A DNA stretch of 64,000 bases from Octopus vulgaris (GCA_951406725.2 OX597827.1:78120001-78184000); one strand, 5' to 3'. Positions 1 through 12,779 are shown, counted from the first letter of the stretch. Numbers and translations are program-made. Notes: a model not told the origin generated them from the letters alone.

Positions 1-290
1 AGTTGCTGCCGCTGCTTCTTTTTCCGTTCAAAGAGCATCTTGTAGGGATTCATGACTTCGTCGACCTTGTGGCAAAATTGCACAGAACGAACCATATCGT
101 CGTCCCATTCCTGTGATACTGCTTTCAATTCTTTAACCAGGTTGCAGAGCTTGGCCAACCGTTCCAAAGTCAAGCCACTTTGGTCGACAACTTCTTCCGT
201 TTCTTGCTGTGTTTCTTCTTCTTCTTCACTGGCCAACTTCATCAAATCTTCGAGGTCTGCATTGGTCAGCGGCTGGGAGTGGCAGTGTAA
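1..290 (-). mobile_element. Tigger/pogo transposase C-terminal remnant
   Basis: Minus strand translates HSQPLTNADLEDLMKLASEEEEE..GLTLERLAKL..WDDDMVRSVQF..PYKMLFERKKKQRQQL, the typical Tigger transposase C-terminus. A Tigger-like terminus (..TTGAACCATGAAGTAGCGAGGGAT) lies near 745-768. Confidence 0.7.
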
Positions 291-763
291 TAACGCATTA
301 GAAGAAGCAGCACGCTTCCAGCCTTGGAAGAAACAGCATGCTTGGGAGCCTTTGTAGGGGATGAAAACGCAAAGTCCAACACAGAGAAGCAAAAAACAAC
401 ACACACACAGCACAGCATAAAGTTGTACAGTAAAGCTTGAAGCAAAATGGCTGTGAGAGAGAGACAAGTGAAGATGCTGCGCATCTGAGCATTGGTCAAA
501 GCACCAATCACAGGTCAGATTACAAAACAGAAAGCTGTGATTCATCGTCTCTCTCCATTGCACCAATCACAACCTGTCTTAAGTTCAAATACCTCTGTAT
601 ATGCTTTTTGGCTATTTTACGCTTGTTTTCTTGTTTCTAGACTTGGAAATAATGTTTATTATTAATATTTTAATGGATTTAATGAAAAATTTTAGGTGTT
701 CGTATATATTTTAAAAATGTGCGAAGTCATGAATCTGCAATAGTTGAACCATGAAGTAGCGAG

Positions 764-802
<39 letters not shown>

Positions 803-957
803 GGATGACAATGATGATGATGATGAGGATGACAATGATGATGATGATGATGATGATGAGGATGACAATGATGATGATGATGATGATGATGAGGATGACA
901 ATGATGATGATGATGATGATGATGAGGATGACAATGATGATGATGATGATGACGATG
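764..957. repeat. (GAT)n microsatellite with higher-order GAGGATGACAAT interruptions
   Basis: Seen directly; five recurrences of GAGGATGACAAT within (GAT)n. Confidence 0.95.
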
Positions 958-1069
958 GCCCTCTTGTCTTTGTTTAATTTAAATGTTATTCAACAATGTC
1001 TATCTCACCTCGGTATTCATCTTTGCTAGTAAGTTACTTAGCTAGTTAATTGGTCAATTAGTCATTTCT

Positions 1070-1340
1070 CTCTGTGCCACGAGGCACATGGGGGCCACAA
1101 CACAACCTCTCTAGCCAGCTCTGTCTTCTGCCACTGCTTTGGTCCCATTCCGGCTCCTCCACCCTTCTCGTCTCCTTCCCTTGTCAATGGTCCTTTGCCA
1201 TACACTTTCACGACACCCTGCCGCTCTTTCCCCCCTCAGGCCTCCACTTCAGTGCCACCATATAATCCCCTTCTTGATATTGCCTGAGGACATGTCCAAT
1301 CCACTTCCAGTGTCTGCAACTTATTTCATCACTGACCCAC
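1070..1340 (-). mobile_element. RTE-clade LINE 3' end fragment
   Basis: Minus strand reads KWIGHVLR...VALKWRPEG with frameshifts, the RTE ORF C-terminal motif. Confidence 0.6.
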
Positions 1341-2089
1341 TTGATGCCTATTGTCCCAATTTAGGACTCTTTGCAGCCACTTCATCTCAAGGACTCTCCT
1401 TAAACATGTCAACTGGAAGCTGCCCATTGTTTTTTTCTGAGTGATGACTTCAAATGAACTCAGTATAAGACTATAGTCTTAATTAATTAAAGTTGTTGTG
1501 TTTGCCATTTTAAGGTTGGTGTTGTCATGTTGGCAGCTGTGAAGGAGACCATGTTAGGCTGGTGAGGACTAATAACATTGAAACTTGTCAAAAGTTGTCT
1601 CTCTTGTTGCCAAATATCAGCCTTGCTCCCAACCCCATAAATATTTCACTTTAATTGTTGATCTGTTGAAATTTGGTGAGTAACCTCCCTTGAATTCAGT
1701 CTTTATTCTTGACCAGAATAATTTCTTATTTCAAATTATAATTTCACTTAATTAAAATTTATTTCCAGCTGACCATATTTAATTGTCATTGCTGGCACTT
1801 GACTGTTTGGTCATCACCTCGGGAAATTTTCCAGTGTCTTCAGTGTGGTGGTGGTGGTGGCGGCGGCGGCGGCGGTGGTGGTTGAGAGTGAGAGAGAGAG
1901 AGAGAGAGAGAGGAGGGAGAAGGGTTGAGGGAAGGAGAAAGTGTGAGTGAAGTTTGAAGTCAACAACTGAAGGAAGTAAATTGAGTGAATGTAGATGAGG
2001 CAATCGGCAAGGGAAGTCTTGTAATGACATCAGCAAGAACCGATCCTGTGACCTTTGGAATGCAAATTCCAATACCACTACAAAATCTG

Positions 2090-2455
2090 TCTCTTGTCTT
2101 TTACTTGTTTCAGTCATTAGACTGCGGCCATGCTGGGGCACTGCCTTGAAGGAATTTTGGTTGAATGAATCTATTTTATATTTTTCAAGGTTGGCACTTA
2201 TTCTATCAGTTTCTTTTGCCAAACTGCTAAGTTATGGGAACATAGACACACCAGCACTGGTTGTCAAGCAGTAGAGGGGGGCGGGGACAAACAAAGACAC
2301 ATACATACGACAGGCTTCTTTCAGTTTCCCTCTACCAAGTCTACTCCCAAGGCTATAATAAAAGACGCTTGCCCAAGGTGCCACACAGTAGGACTGAACC
2401 TGGAACCATGCGTATTGGGAAGCAAGCTTCTTACCACACAGCCATGCCTGCATCT
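2090..2455 (-). mobile_element. tRNA-derived SINE family B
   Basis: Matches the multi-copy element with head GGCGCAGGAGTGGCTGTGTGGTAAG..GGGTTCAGTCCC, body CCTTGGGCAAGTG and tail GACTGAAACAAGTAAAAG. Confidence 0.85.
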
Positions 2456-2882
2456 CACAGTAAATTACTGGTTTATGGGAAGATGGTGGGTGGAACTCAT
2501 TTACAACTTGGCCTTATTACTTTTCCTGTAATTCTGGAACATTTTAATGACATTCAGAAGACAATAAACCCAGAAAACATCAAACATGGCAGCAGAGAAA
2601 AGAAAGGAAAAACATATAAAAAGGAAAGAGAATGTTTGAATTTATTTTGAGACATTTAATAAAACAGAAGACACTGACAAAATCGAAATGATTTAGACAT
2701 CTTTAATGGTGGTATTTTTCTCATAAAAATATTTCTGACAAGGAAGTTTTATGGATTGTAGAAACAACAAAACTAAGGGCAAAAGGTCAACTTTGACCAA
2801 TATTTTGAAGTTTCTTAGTTAAAGAGGAGAGTCTGGTTACAGTTGATAACATTCCACCCAAACCGTTTTTTCTACTTTTTGA

Positions 2883-3135
2883 TCATCATCATCATCGTTT
2901 AACGTCCGCTTTCCATGCTAGCATGGGTTGGACGATTCGACTGAGGTCTGGCAAACCAGATGGCTGCACCAGGCTCCAATCTGATCTGGCAGTGTTTCTA
3001 CAGCTGGATGCCCTTCCTAATGCCAACCACTCCGAGAGTGTAGTGGGTGCTTTTAGATGCCACCAGCACAAGGGCCAGTCAGGCGGTACTGGCAATGGCC
3101 ACACTCAAATGGTGCTTTTTATGTGCCACCTGCAT
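2883..3135 (-). mobile_element. SINE-like family A with (GAT)n tail (RTE-type, inferred)
   Basis: Multi-copy GGTTGGCGTTAGGAAGGGCATCCAGCTGTAGAAAC...CCATGCTAGCATGGAAAGCGGACGTTAAACGATGATG. Confidence 0.85.
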
Positions 3136-3537
3136 GAATATTTTAATCCAATTGTCTGCTGGTGTTACAACATTTCTTAAAAATTCCTTGTAAAAGATAT
3201 TCTAAGGTAATGGATGTCAGCATGTTTCAAGTGAGTTGGAAGTGTGGCTTCTCTGGATTCATAATGGAGGTTATATGTTTTGACTGGTGTCAGGAGGTTG
3301 GCCGATACCTCATCAGTGAAATTGGGGATACAAAACCATGCAGAAGTGGACATACAAAACATGGATGCAAGGTATGAAACTTGCTTCTCAACCCCATGGT
3401 TCCTGGTTCTATCCTGCTGCATGGAACCTTGAACAACTGTATTCTGCTATAACCTTGGGCCAACGAAAGCCTTGTGAGCGCATTTGGTAGATGGAAACTG
3501 AGAGAACCCCATTGTATGTATATATGTTTCCAGCCTC

Positions 3538-3807
3538 CTCTGGCACCTGTGCCGGTGGCACATCTGTACGTAGCCGATGCCAGCGCCGCCTTGACTGGCT
3601 TCCGTGCCGGTGGCACATAAAAAGCATCCACTACACTCACGGAGTGGTTGGCGTTAGGAAGGGCATCCAGCTGTAGAAACACTGCCAGATCTGACTGGAG
3701 CCTGGTGCAGCCTCCTGACTTCCCAGGCCCCAGTTGAACCGTCCAACCCATGCTAGCATGGAAAGCGGACGTTAAACGGTGATGATGATGATGATGATGA
3801 TGATGAT
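3538..3807 (+). mobile_element. SINE-like family A
   Basis: Same core and (GAT)n tail; inverted relative to the 2883-3135 copy. Confidence 0.85.
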
Positions 3808-4232
3808 ATATAAGGAAAATAGGACAAGGTAGAAAATGTCAAAATAATTTTATCATGAAGAACATTTTAGTATTGGTTTCATAGATAAAATTATTTTGGC
3901 ACTGTCTACCTTGTCCTATTTTCCTTATACATATCAACTCATGTGTTACTTTTCAATCTTCTACACACACAAACACACACACATGTATTCATGCATATAT
4001 ATGTGTGTGTGTGTGTGTTTGTCCCCACTACCACTGCTTCACAGTATGTGTTCATGTCCCTGTAGCCTAGCAGTTCAGCAAAAGAGATCAATAGAATAAG
4101 TACCAGGTTTTAAGAAAAGATCATTGGGGTTGATTCATTCACCTAAAACTTCTTTAAGGTAGAGCTCCAGCATGGCCGCAGTCAAATGACCGAAACAAGT
4201 AAAAGATGAAAGATAACCTACAAACATTATCA

Positions 4233-4548
4233 TAGGCGTGTCTGTGTGGTTGCTTACCAACTACATGGTTCCGGGTTCAGTCCCACTGTATGGCACCTTG
4301 GGCAAGTGTCTTCTACTATAGCCTCGGGCCAACCAAAGCCTTGTGAATAAATTTGGTTGAAGGAAACTGAAAGAAGCCTGTTGTATATGTGTGTGTGTGT
4401 GCATGTGTATGTGTGCACGTATGTTTGTGTATCTGTTTTTGTCCCCCCACCACCACCACCATGGTTTGACAACCCATGTTGGTGTGTTTACATCCCCATA
4501 ACTTAGCGGTTCCTCAAAGAGACCGACAGAATAAGTACTAGGCTTACA
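4233..4548 (+). mobile_element. SINE family B (3' truncated; another 3' half at about 3990-4215)
   Basis: Head and body motifs of family B. Confidence 0.8.
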
Positions 4549-4619
4549 ATTGCAATTTAAAATAAATATTTCACCTGTCTTTTCATGATGGTCAATAAAA
4601 ATGCAGTATGAAGATCACT

Positions 4620-5023
4620 ACACATCCATGAAGCTCTACAGATCTTCCAGGACAAGGCTCGTCTTCTAGGCTGTAATTTCCAGCTTGGAATTTCTGGAAC
4701 CACCATTGACCCTGGATCATGCCTATTGTCCAATCCCTATATACTGCATTAATATTCCTCACACGTTCTGTTGTGTTGTTACCTTTATTGAACTCATAAA
4801 ACAAAATATGCCGAATATGCTTCTTTGTCACTTCCGTTATAGTTTTGAAAAAACTAACTGTTAAAATTGAACTGCACTCTTCAAAACTTGCACTAAGAAT
4901 AAGTACAAGGTAAAATTACTACCTGCTTTTATAGCAACTTGATGCAGGTAGTTTATCCCATCCCCCTCTATCTTTTAATTCATGCAATTGAAAAAACTTC
5001 ATTATTTATCGGATGGCCCCATA
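4620..5023 (-). mobile_element. mariner transposon 5' remnant (TIR plus N-terminal HTH)
   Basis: ORF 4592-4831 KHIRHILFYEFNKG..NINAVY..WFQKFQAGNYSLEDEPCPGR resembles a mariner transposase N-terminus. TIR-like TATGGGGCCATCCGATAAATAATG on minus at about 5000-5023. Confidence 0.85.
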
Positions 5024-5860
5024 TATATATATGCACACACATACATATATACATACATGACTGCATCAAGTTACGGGCACCTGTTTGTGGTTTTGATGGT
5101 CAGCAATGCAGTAAACCAGGGCTTGGTCCAGTGGGAACCAATGACCACCACCACTGCTATTGTCTACTAATTGTAATTTAAAATAAATATTTGACTTGTC
5201 TTTTTAGGATGATCAATAAAAATGCAGTATGAAGATCACTACATCTCCATGGAATACATTGTGTCCGACCAAGCTTGGATGAGAAGATGGTGGATTTCAG
5301 GATAAAAGAAGCATGAAAATGTTCAAATATTTCCTTACCTTTGTTTGTCTTCTCCTCTCCTCATCAATGCTTTGTCCAATTGCAAACACGCATTTGAACT
5401 CTTGAACTGTGTGCAAACTGTCAATAAATAGGTGGTATTTTAGAAATTTGTGTACTTTGTTGATTCATGCTTATTTGTGGCAAGACAATGTGAGGGAGTA
5501 GACCGAGCCAACCCATTCCAGCATGGAAAAGCAAAAATGCTGCTGCTGCTGATGGTGGTGGTGGTAGCCTACTTATCTCAAACCAGCCTTTTTCTTTATT
5601 CTGTTTTCAGTGGAGGTATAAACCCGAGTGGTTAGGGTATTTAGCTCATAGTCATAATGTTGTGGGTTCAATTCCTGGCCCGGTAGAACTTTATTTCACA
5701 TTGTTCCATTGTACTTAGTTGTAAATAAAAACTGGCTGCAGGTCTCTGTCTCTGTCTCTCTTCTGCTGCCACATCCTGGATGACCCTTTGGGTCATGGAA
5801 AAATGAGGGCATTAACAGAGAGTCCATGTCTAGTTTTTATGAGCTGCTAAAACAATTAGT

Positions 5861-6085
5861 TAACCCCTTAGCATATAAACCAGTCATATCTGGCCCTAAA
5901 TATTCTACTTGTTTTAGGTTCTAACTGGGCATATCCAGCCTCTCGCACCTGCCCAACAATGTCATTCTAGAAATGAACAATCAAATCACCAAAATCTCAA
6001 AACTACAAGATAATGCCTTATTAACCCAAAACAATGGGAATAAATAAGGATTACATTTGACAGAGTAATCTGAATAGTGAAAGGA
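5861..6085. mobile_element. piggyBac-type MITE family (TTAA-CCCTTTAGCAT ends)
   Basis: Multi-copy element; other copies at about 19846-20000, 21700-21930, 24650-24920, 32791-33020 and 35710-36146. Consensus ends TTAACCCTTTAGCATT...AATGCTAAAGGGTTAA. Confidence 0.7.
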
Positions 6086-6149
6086 TAAAGTATGGCAGGT
6101 GACCGTACTGTACAGTACAGAACTACAGAATTCTGTCGGGAAAAATGAG

Positions 6150-7450
6150 ATATGTAGGGGCGGCAGGTTGGTGGAATGCTTGATATAGGCTAATTGGATG
6201 TAGGACCCAGAGTGGACGGGGATAATCATACTGCTTTTAAGGACCTCCCTGCTTCTCCCAGGACAGTTTTCTCTCTCGTACATCTGATTCCTATGTTTAA
6301 TTCTTTTCTCAACACATCTACATTTTGCCATACATGCCCATCCAGCAGAGCAGACTGGCTTCCTTCCTCTCTTCTTTGCATGTGCACTGCATTCAGGGGC
6401 CCATCTCACTGCTGTAGCAAAGCTGGTTAAATACACAAGCATCATGCTATCTGGAAGACCTTTGTTGCCAACAGAGGTAATAGTTCTTGGACCTTTCTCC
6501 ATTCTATTCTTATTTTAGCACCTATACTTTCAGAACATCCTCCTCCTCTGCTAATAAGGTCATCTACACAAGGGAAACTATCAATTATCTCTAGGGCGTC
6601 TCAGAAGCAGTCAAGAAAATTGATTTCTCATGTGTCCTCAGCGTTTATTGCTTCCATGCATTTCCTATACAAATTCTATTTTCTCCACATACAGCCTGGC
6701 TGGAGCAGTTTAAATGGGAAACGATGTCCCCACCCACCATATTCACCAGACATTGCCCCATCTGATTATCATTTATTCCACAGTCCTCAAAATCATTTGG
6801 ACAGGAAAAATATGAATTCTGTAGACGAGGTCAGAACAGTACTGGAGGAGTATTTTTCGTCACAGACAAGTGAATTTTGGAAGAAGGGCCTTGCAAGTCT
6901 ACCAGAAAGTTGGAAGAGCATTGTAGAAAATGGGGGAGAGTATATTTTAGATTAAAAACGAACTTTGTTCATCTCAAATTCTATATTCTCCATTAACCCT
7001 CTTGTGATTCCACTGCACCTCTTGTTTCCATAGTTACGCTATGGAATTCTGGCCAGCACCTTCCCTACATATCAAGCAGGGTCATATACCTGATGGAAAG
7101 AGTGAGTTATCTATTTTCTAGCTTAACACAACTTTAGTCTTAGCAAGGTTAATTTTAAGACCCTTTGCTTCCATGCCTGGAATTTCTTTTCTAATTCTGT
7201 TAGATTCCACTGAAAACTAGTGAAATCAGCATATAGTAGTTCCTAAAGGCAGCCGGCATTAAATTCCTTTCCTATAGGTGAAGATTATGATGAACAGGAG
7301 GGGAAGGAGTATCCAGGCCTTAACGAGCTTCTACCTGTACATTAAACACATTGTTGTGCTTATGGCTTCTATGGTCCTAACAAACCATTCATCTTGCCCT
7401 GCCTTCCTCAGAGCAGTGCAAAGGACTCATTCCCATCTCCCTCCCACACA
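6150..7450 (-). mobile_element. Decayed RTE LINE reverse-transcriptase region, interrupted by a mariner fragment
   Basis: Frameshifted minus-strand peptides FNVQV.., ELEKKFQAWK..KINLAKTKV and GGGCSESIGAKIRI..ELLPLLATK resemble RTE ORF2. Confidence 0.65.
6690..6980 (+). mobile_element. mariner transposase C-terminal fragment
   Basis: HPPYSPDIAPSDYHLF...FWKKGLASLPESWKSIVENGGEYILD; contains the mariner YSPDLAPxD motif. Confidence 0.9.
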
Positions 7451-7509
7451 CATATAATTGAGGTGGAAAAAATTAGTACTCAAGCACTAAAGGTAGAGTA
7501 AAATACTAT

Positions 7510-7730
7510 TTTATTCTTTTCTATTCCAGGCACAAGGCCTGAAATTTTTGGGGAGGGGGCCAGTCAATTAGATCAACCCAGTACGCAACTGGTACTAAAT
7601 TTATCGACCCCGAATGGATGAAAGGCAAAGTTGACCTAGGTGGAATTTGAACTCAGAATGTAAAGACAGATAAAATACTGCTAAGCATTTTACCCAGCCT
7701 GCTAATGAGTCTGCCTCCCTCACCACCTTT
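7510..7730 (-). mobile_element. tRNA-derived SINE family C (GCCTTTCATCCTTTCGGGGTCGATAAA core)
   Basis: Multi-copy; other copies at about 7785-7900, 22390-22585, 22835-23060, 27280-27670, 42320-42700, 42975-43155, 43490-43910 and 45060-45275. From memory the core resembles the Deu/Nin-type SINE domain. Confidence 0.75.
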
Positions 7731-7944
7731 TATAGTAAAATATATTTTATTGAGGCTGAAAAAATCTCACAAATTTTATTCAGAGTTTCACTTCATCTTT
7801 TCAGAGGCGATAAATTAAGTACCAATTGCATACTGGGGTCAATCTAATCGACTGGTCCCCCTCCCCACAAATTTTGGGCCTTGTGCCTAGTGTAGAAAAG
7901 ATTATATAATATATATATATATAAACACACATACATGTATGTTG

Positions 7945-8310
7945 TTCTCTTGTTTCAGTCATTTGACTGTGGCCATGCTGGAACATCACCTTTAGTTGAA
8001 GAAATCGACCCCTGGACTTATTCTATCAGTCACTTCTGCCAAACTGCTAAGTTATGGGGATGTAAACACACCAACATCAGTTGTCAAACCATGGTGGTGG
8101 TGGGGGAGGGACAGACACAGACACACAAAAATATATACATATATATATATGATGGTCTTTTTTCAGTTTCCGTCTACCAAATCCACTCACAAGCTTTGAT
8201 CAATCCAAGGCTATAGTAGAAGACACTTGCCAAAGATACCATGCAGTGGGACTGAACATAGAACCATGTGGTTGAGAAGCAAGCTTCTTACCACACAGCC
8301 ATGCCAGCAT
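7945..8310 (-). mobile_element. SINE family B
   Basis: Family B head, body and tail. Confidence 0.85.
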
Positions 8311-8400
8311 TGTATTCTATATATATAAATGTATATATATAAATGTATATATATATAAATGAATATATATATATATAAATGTATATATATATATAAATGT

Positions 8401-8797
8401 ATACTCTTTTACTCGTTTCAGTAATTTGACTGTGGCCATGCTGGAGCACCGCCTTTAGTCGAGCAAATCGACCCTGGGACTTATTCTTTGTAAGCCCAGT
8501 ACTTATTCTATCGGTCTCTTTTGCTGAACCGCTAAGTGACAGGGACGTAAACACACCAGCATCGGTTGTCAAGCAATGCTAGAGGGACAAACACAGACAC
8601 ACACATACAAATATATATATATATACATATATACGACAGGCTTCTTTCAGTTTCCATCCATCAAATCCACTCACAAGGCTTTGGTCGGCCCGAGGCTAAA
8701 GCAGAAGACACTTGTCCAAGATGCCACACAGTGGGACTGAACCCGGAACCATGTGGTTGGTTAGCAAGCTACTTACCACACAGCCACCCCTGCGCCT
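8401..8797 (-). mobile_element. SINE family B, full length
   Basis: Near-identical to the 25359-25760 and 45548-45951 copies. Confidence 0.9.
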
Positions 8798-9264
8798 ATA
8801 TATACATATATATATACACACACATTTATTATATTAAAAGTTGGCTGGTTAATGAGAGATTCCAGCCTTGCCTGTTGAGCTGAATGAAACTCTTGAGCGG
8901 ACAGTCAAATTTGGTGGAATAAACATCCCCTCCTCTTTAACCAACATATAAGTTTGTCACAATGTAAATAAAATATTTGTTTTACTTTCAAAACACACAC
9001 ATTTAGACAGATAAATAGGCAGATCGCTGTAACTTCTTTCTCCATTGAAATACTAATCCACCTATTATGTCTCACTTCACATTTTCTACTTTCAACTTAC
9101 CAAAACAGTCCTAGTTGCTGGTCGCACTCCTACCAGTTCATTTGTCTAACTTGTAATTTAAATTCCTGGTCAGTCAACCAGACATGACCACAGTGTTTAA
9201 TGATCATGTACTCAACGGTCCCTGTATTTCTCTCTCCTTTATGCAGACCAAAGACAATTCACAT

Positions 9265-9650
9265 AGGCATAGGAGTGGCTGTGTGGTAAATAGCTTGCTT
9301 ATGAACCACATGGTTCTGGGTTCAGTCCCATTGCATGGCACCTGGGGCCAGTGTCTTCTACTATAGCCTCGAGTCAACCAAAGCCTTGTGAGTGGATTTG
9401 GTAGACAGAATCTGAAAGAAGCCCATCTTATATATGTATATGTATATTTGTGTGTCTGTGTTTGTCCCCCCAACATCGCTTGACAACTGATGCTGGTGTG
9501 TTTACGTCCCTGTAACTTAGCGGTTCGGCATAAGAGACTGATAAAATAAGTACTAAGCTTACAAAGAATAAGTTCTGTGGTCGATTTGCTCAACTAAAGG
9601 CGGTGATCCAGCATGGCCACAGTCAAATGACTGAAACAAGTAGCAAATAA
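9265..9650 (+). mobile_element. SINE family B, full length
   Basis: Family B head and tail; inverted relative to 8401-8797. Confidence 0.9.
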
Positions 9651-9985
9651 GTAACAAGGATGTCCTGGTATCAATGCATTACGGCTGTTTCAAGCAGCTC
9701 CACTGAATCGATCAATGTAAATATTGCATCAATTTGAAATAAAAGTGCTCTCCTCAGAGCAGCCAACCACATAGATTTGCCTCAGTTTAAGTATCTAATT
9801 CAACTGAATCTCAATTATTTCTTATGAATATATATACAAATGACATACAAACACAATCTGAGACATTGAATGAATAATCAGCATACATTTAAAATCTGAA
9901 CCATTAACATTGTAGTTTGTCATTTACACTCACACACTATATATATATATATATATATACATACATACACATCATTTAATGAAAG

Positions 9986-10163
9986 CAAGAGTTATACGTG
10001 AACTACTTCAAGTTTCATGTAGTAAGCTGGATGGGTATGTATACTGTACTCAGCACAATCTGGCAGTCATTCAGACCTCAAATTAACTGGCGTACTATAC
10101 AAGCCTGTTCAATCACTACACTGTCCAAGCATGAAACTTGAAGTAGCTGATGTACAACTCCTG
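9986..10163. repeat. About 34-bp imperfect terminal inverted repeats (MITE-like)
   Basis: GAGTTATACGTGAACTACTTCAAGTTTCATG ... CATGAAACTTGAAGTAGCTGATGTACAACTC. Confidence 0.6.
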
Positions 10164-10267
10164 TATTCGTTAACTGATATTGCTAATCCTGTCAACAAAC
10201 AGAACACTACATAGATCGTTAGCCACTACACACATTTTTTTTCTCTCCTTGTTTTTTTTCTGTGTTC

Positions 10268-10303
10268 CTTTCTGTAGAAGAGCGTAGGCTTGAAACGTAA
10301 AAG
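10268..10303 (+). ncRNA. Minimal type I hammerhead ribozyme-like motif (family 3)
   Basis: CTTT-CTGTAGA-A-GAGC-GTAG-GCTT-GAAA-CG-TA-AAAG: stem I CTTT/AAAG, stem II GAGC/GCTT, palindromic ACGT stem III, GUA cleavage triplet. Core position 6 is U instead of A. Confidence 0.6.
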
Positions 10304-12779
10304 ACTTTTACTATTCCTGAGCGTTATACTAATACATCTGTTTGTTTTGTACACCACCTGTCTTCATCTTTTGTTTTTTTCGTAAACTCTCCCTATATAT
10401 ATATGGACACAGACACACACAAATTGCAAAATACTTTCTTTCTAATCCTCTGTTCACAACCATCCCCAATATATTTACATGACCCTTTCAAAAACGGGCG
10501 TTAAATATTCAGAATCCGCCCCTAATTTAGCTGTAGGTAAAAATGGTTACTTTCACATATCATTAAAGTGAGCATAATAGCAACAAAACATGTAGGTTGA
10601 TACCTTTAGCCAGCTGGACGTAGGCACCACAAGAAGAGTCACCATTGGCGACGTCCTCCGAATGGACACCTGGAGCCAGGAAAAGGCGCTTTATTAGATT
10701 TCATCCAACACAACACAACTCACATGTACAAAACGGAGAAGCATCAAAGGTCTCATTTGTTAGCAGGTCCCTTTTCGTTTTTGGTCTTTGTTGGGGGTTC
10801 GTAGAGTAGTTCAATAGGGTTCTCTTGTTTACTGTTGCTGTTTGTTGAGTCCATAGGGGTCGTGTTTAGGGGTCATGAAGGTCGATGATAGAGGTCCTTT
10901 GTTGTTATTTATTACTGACAGGAGTCCTTTTCTGTTGCATGAGTTGACTAAAGTTTAAAAGGGGATTATATGCTGTCAGAAGGGACCATGAAGATCCACA
11001 GATACCTTGTTAATAACATTTGGAAGCTTCTTTATTTGTAGTTTTGTTCTGTACAACATTCACAAACTTCTTCAGTATGTTGCTGTCTAAATACCCATGT
11101 GATCCATGTTTTATGAGGGGGGAAATGCTCCATGTTATTTATATATATATATAGGGGCCGTATGGGAGTCAAAGGCTCCATCTTTGGTTATCTGTGGTAT
11201 CTACATGTTTCACATTTAATTAACTCTCATGTTCACATACTTCAACTCATCTACAAAACTAATTAATTCCATGTCTCGTTAGCTATGAGATTTACTGTGT
11301 TTGCTGTCTATGTATGGAGGCCCACGGGTTCCATAACTGGTTGTCTGAGATTCATAGTCCCCATATAAATATATATATATTAGTTGTGTTTTACTGCCTT
11401 CTGCTTTCAACTTGTGTCTTTTTCAATTCATTCATCAACATGTATAACTGCTCATCAGAAAACTGTGTATCTCATTGGCCAGCAATGAACACCCCCACTT
11501 CCAACCAGCCCTGTTTGCAAGTTATTAGAATTTTCTTTAAAAAAAAACAAAAAAAAACAAGAAAAGTCTGTGATTTTTGCTTTGCTGTTCACCAAAATGG
11601 TTTGGGATTTATAAAGCAAGATAACCTTCTGGAGAGACCATGAGAGGAACCCTAAGCTGATGGGAAGTAGTGGCCTTAATCTAAAGACTGCAGTCAGTAC
11701 GGATCCAGGTATGAAAATAAAGAATATAAGGGCAGGTGAGAGGGAGTCGCTTAAGTTGTCCAAGAACAAGAGTGGCACTGAAGAAGTCTATTGATAAAGT
11801 GGCTTTGAGAAATTCTGGAGAAATAATTTATCAGTGGATTCATGAAAGTCGTTTTTTGCTGCTGACCAAAGTCTCTGGCAGGCTGAGTTATGCAGTGGTA
11901 ATTAGTTTGGATAAAGCAGACGCTCGTTTGAAAAATAGAAATTTTAAGTTAAGTTGTAAATGTATCCAGCACACGATGACTGACTGTCTAATGTGGATTT
12001 CTACAAAAGATGTGAATAAATGATCAAAAAAAAAAAAAGAGAAGAAGAAGAAATGTTGTGTTATCTTCTTTGAAGATGCCCAGAGAACAAAACCGTTTTC
12101 CCAGCAGTTGACTTTTGGATATTTGTAAACCATAAAATGTTGTTTGCCCTAGGGAGGGAGAGGGGGAGAAGGGGTGGTAGGGAGAGAGAGAGAGAGAGAG
12201 AGAGCAATAGATAACCTTCCATTCGAAAGGAGTAACAGTTGCAATCACTTGTGCAGCCCGTAGCCCATCTTTGGCCGAGATGCTTAGAAAGACCACCTTC
12301 TACTTCAGGTTGCCTAATTGCAATGTTGACGCCAACAGGCTGGGATGTCACTTGGGGATTGGTAACCACAAAAACTGAATGAAAACTGCTTTATAGATCC
12401 AAGAGCAAATCGTCTTGAATGAAAAAGAGAAGAAGAATGAGAGGAAGAGAGAGGAACAAGTTTATGTTGAGCTTTAAGAAGGAGCAATGTAAAGAGAGAG
12501 AGAGAGAAAGAGAGAGAGAGTTTAAGGAAAGATTTTTCAGTCCAGATTGCACAGACTCAAGCTCTTCCCGTTAGACGAGAGAGGTTGATCCTTTCTCTGA
12601 GAAATGAATTTCATTCTGAAATCTATTTCCTTTTGGCTGGTGTCGCTCACATCACCACACTTAGGACAGGCAACAGGAATAGCTCTTTAAAGACATACAC
12701 AACTGCAAGTATACACACATATATACACATACATCAATATGTTACATGTATATACACAGGTATAGTTGCTATTTGGGCT

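Noticed and set aside
692-1029. Poly-Asp/poly-Ser/poly-Met ORFs (also 21859-22158)
   Set aside because: (GAT)n microsatellite; no splice or domain context.
2892-3751. Recurrent ORFs such as AVFLQLDALPNANHS and RLLSVSVYQIHSQGFG
   Set aside because: Translations of SINE families A and B, recurring with frameshifts in both orientations.
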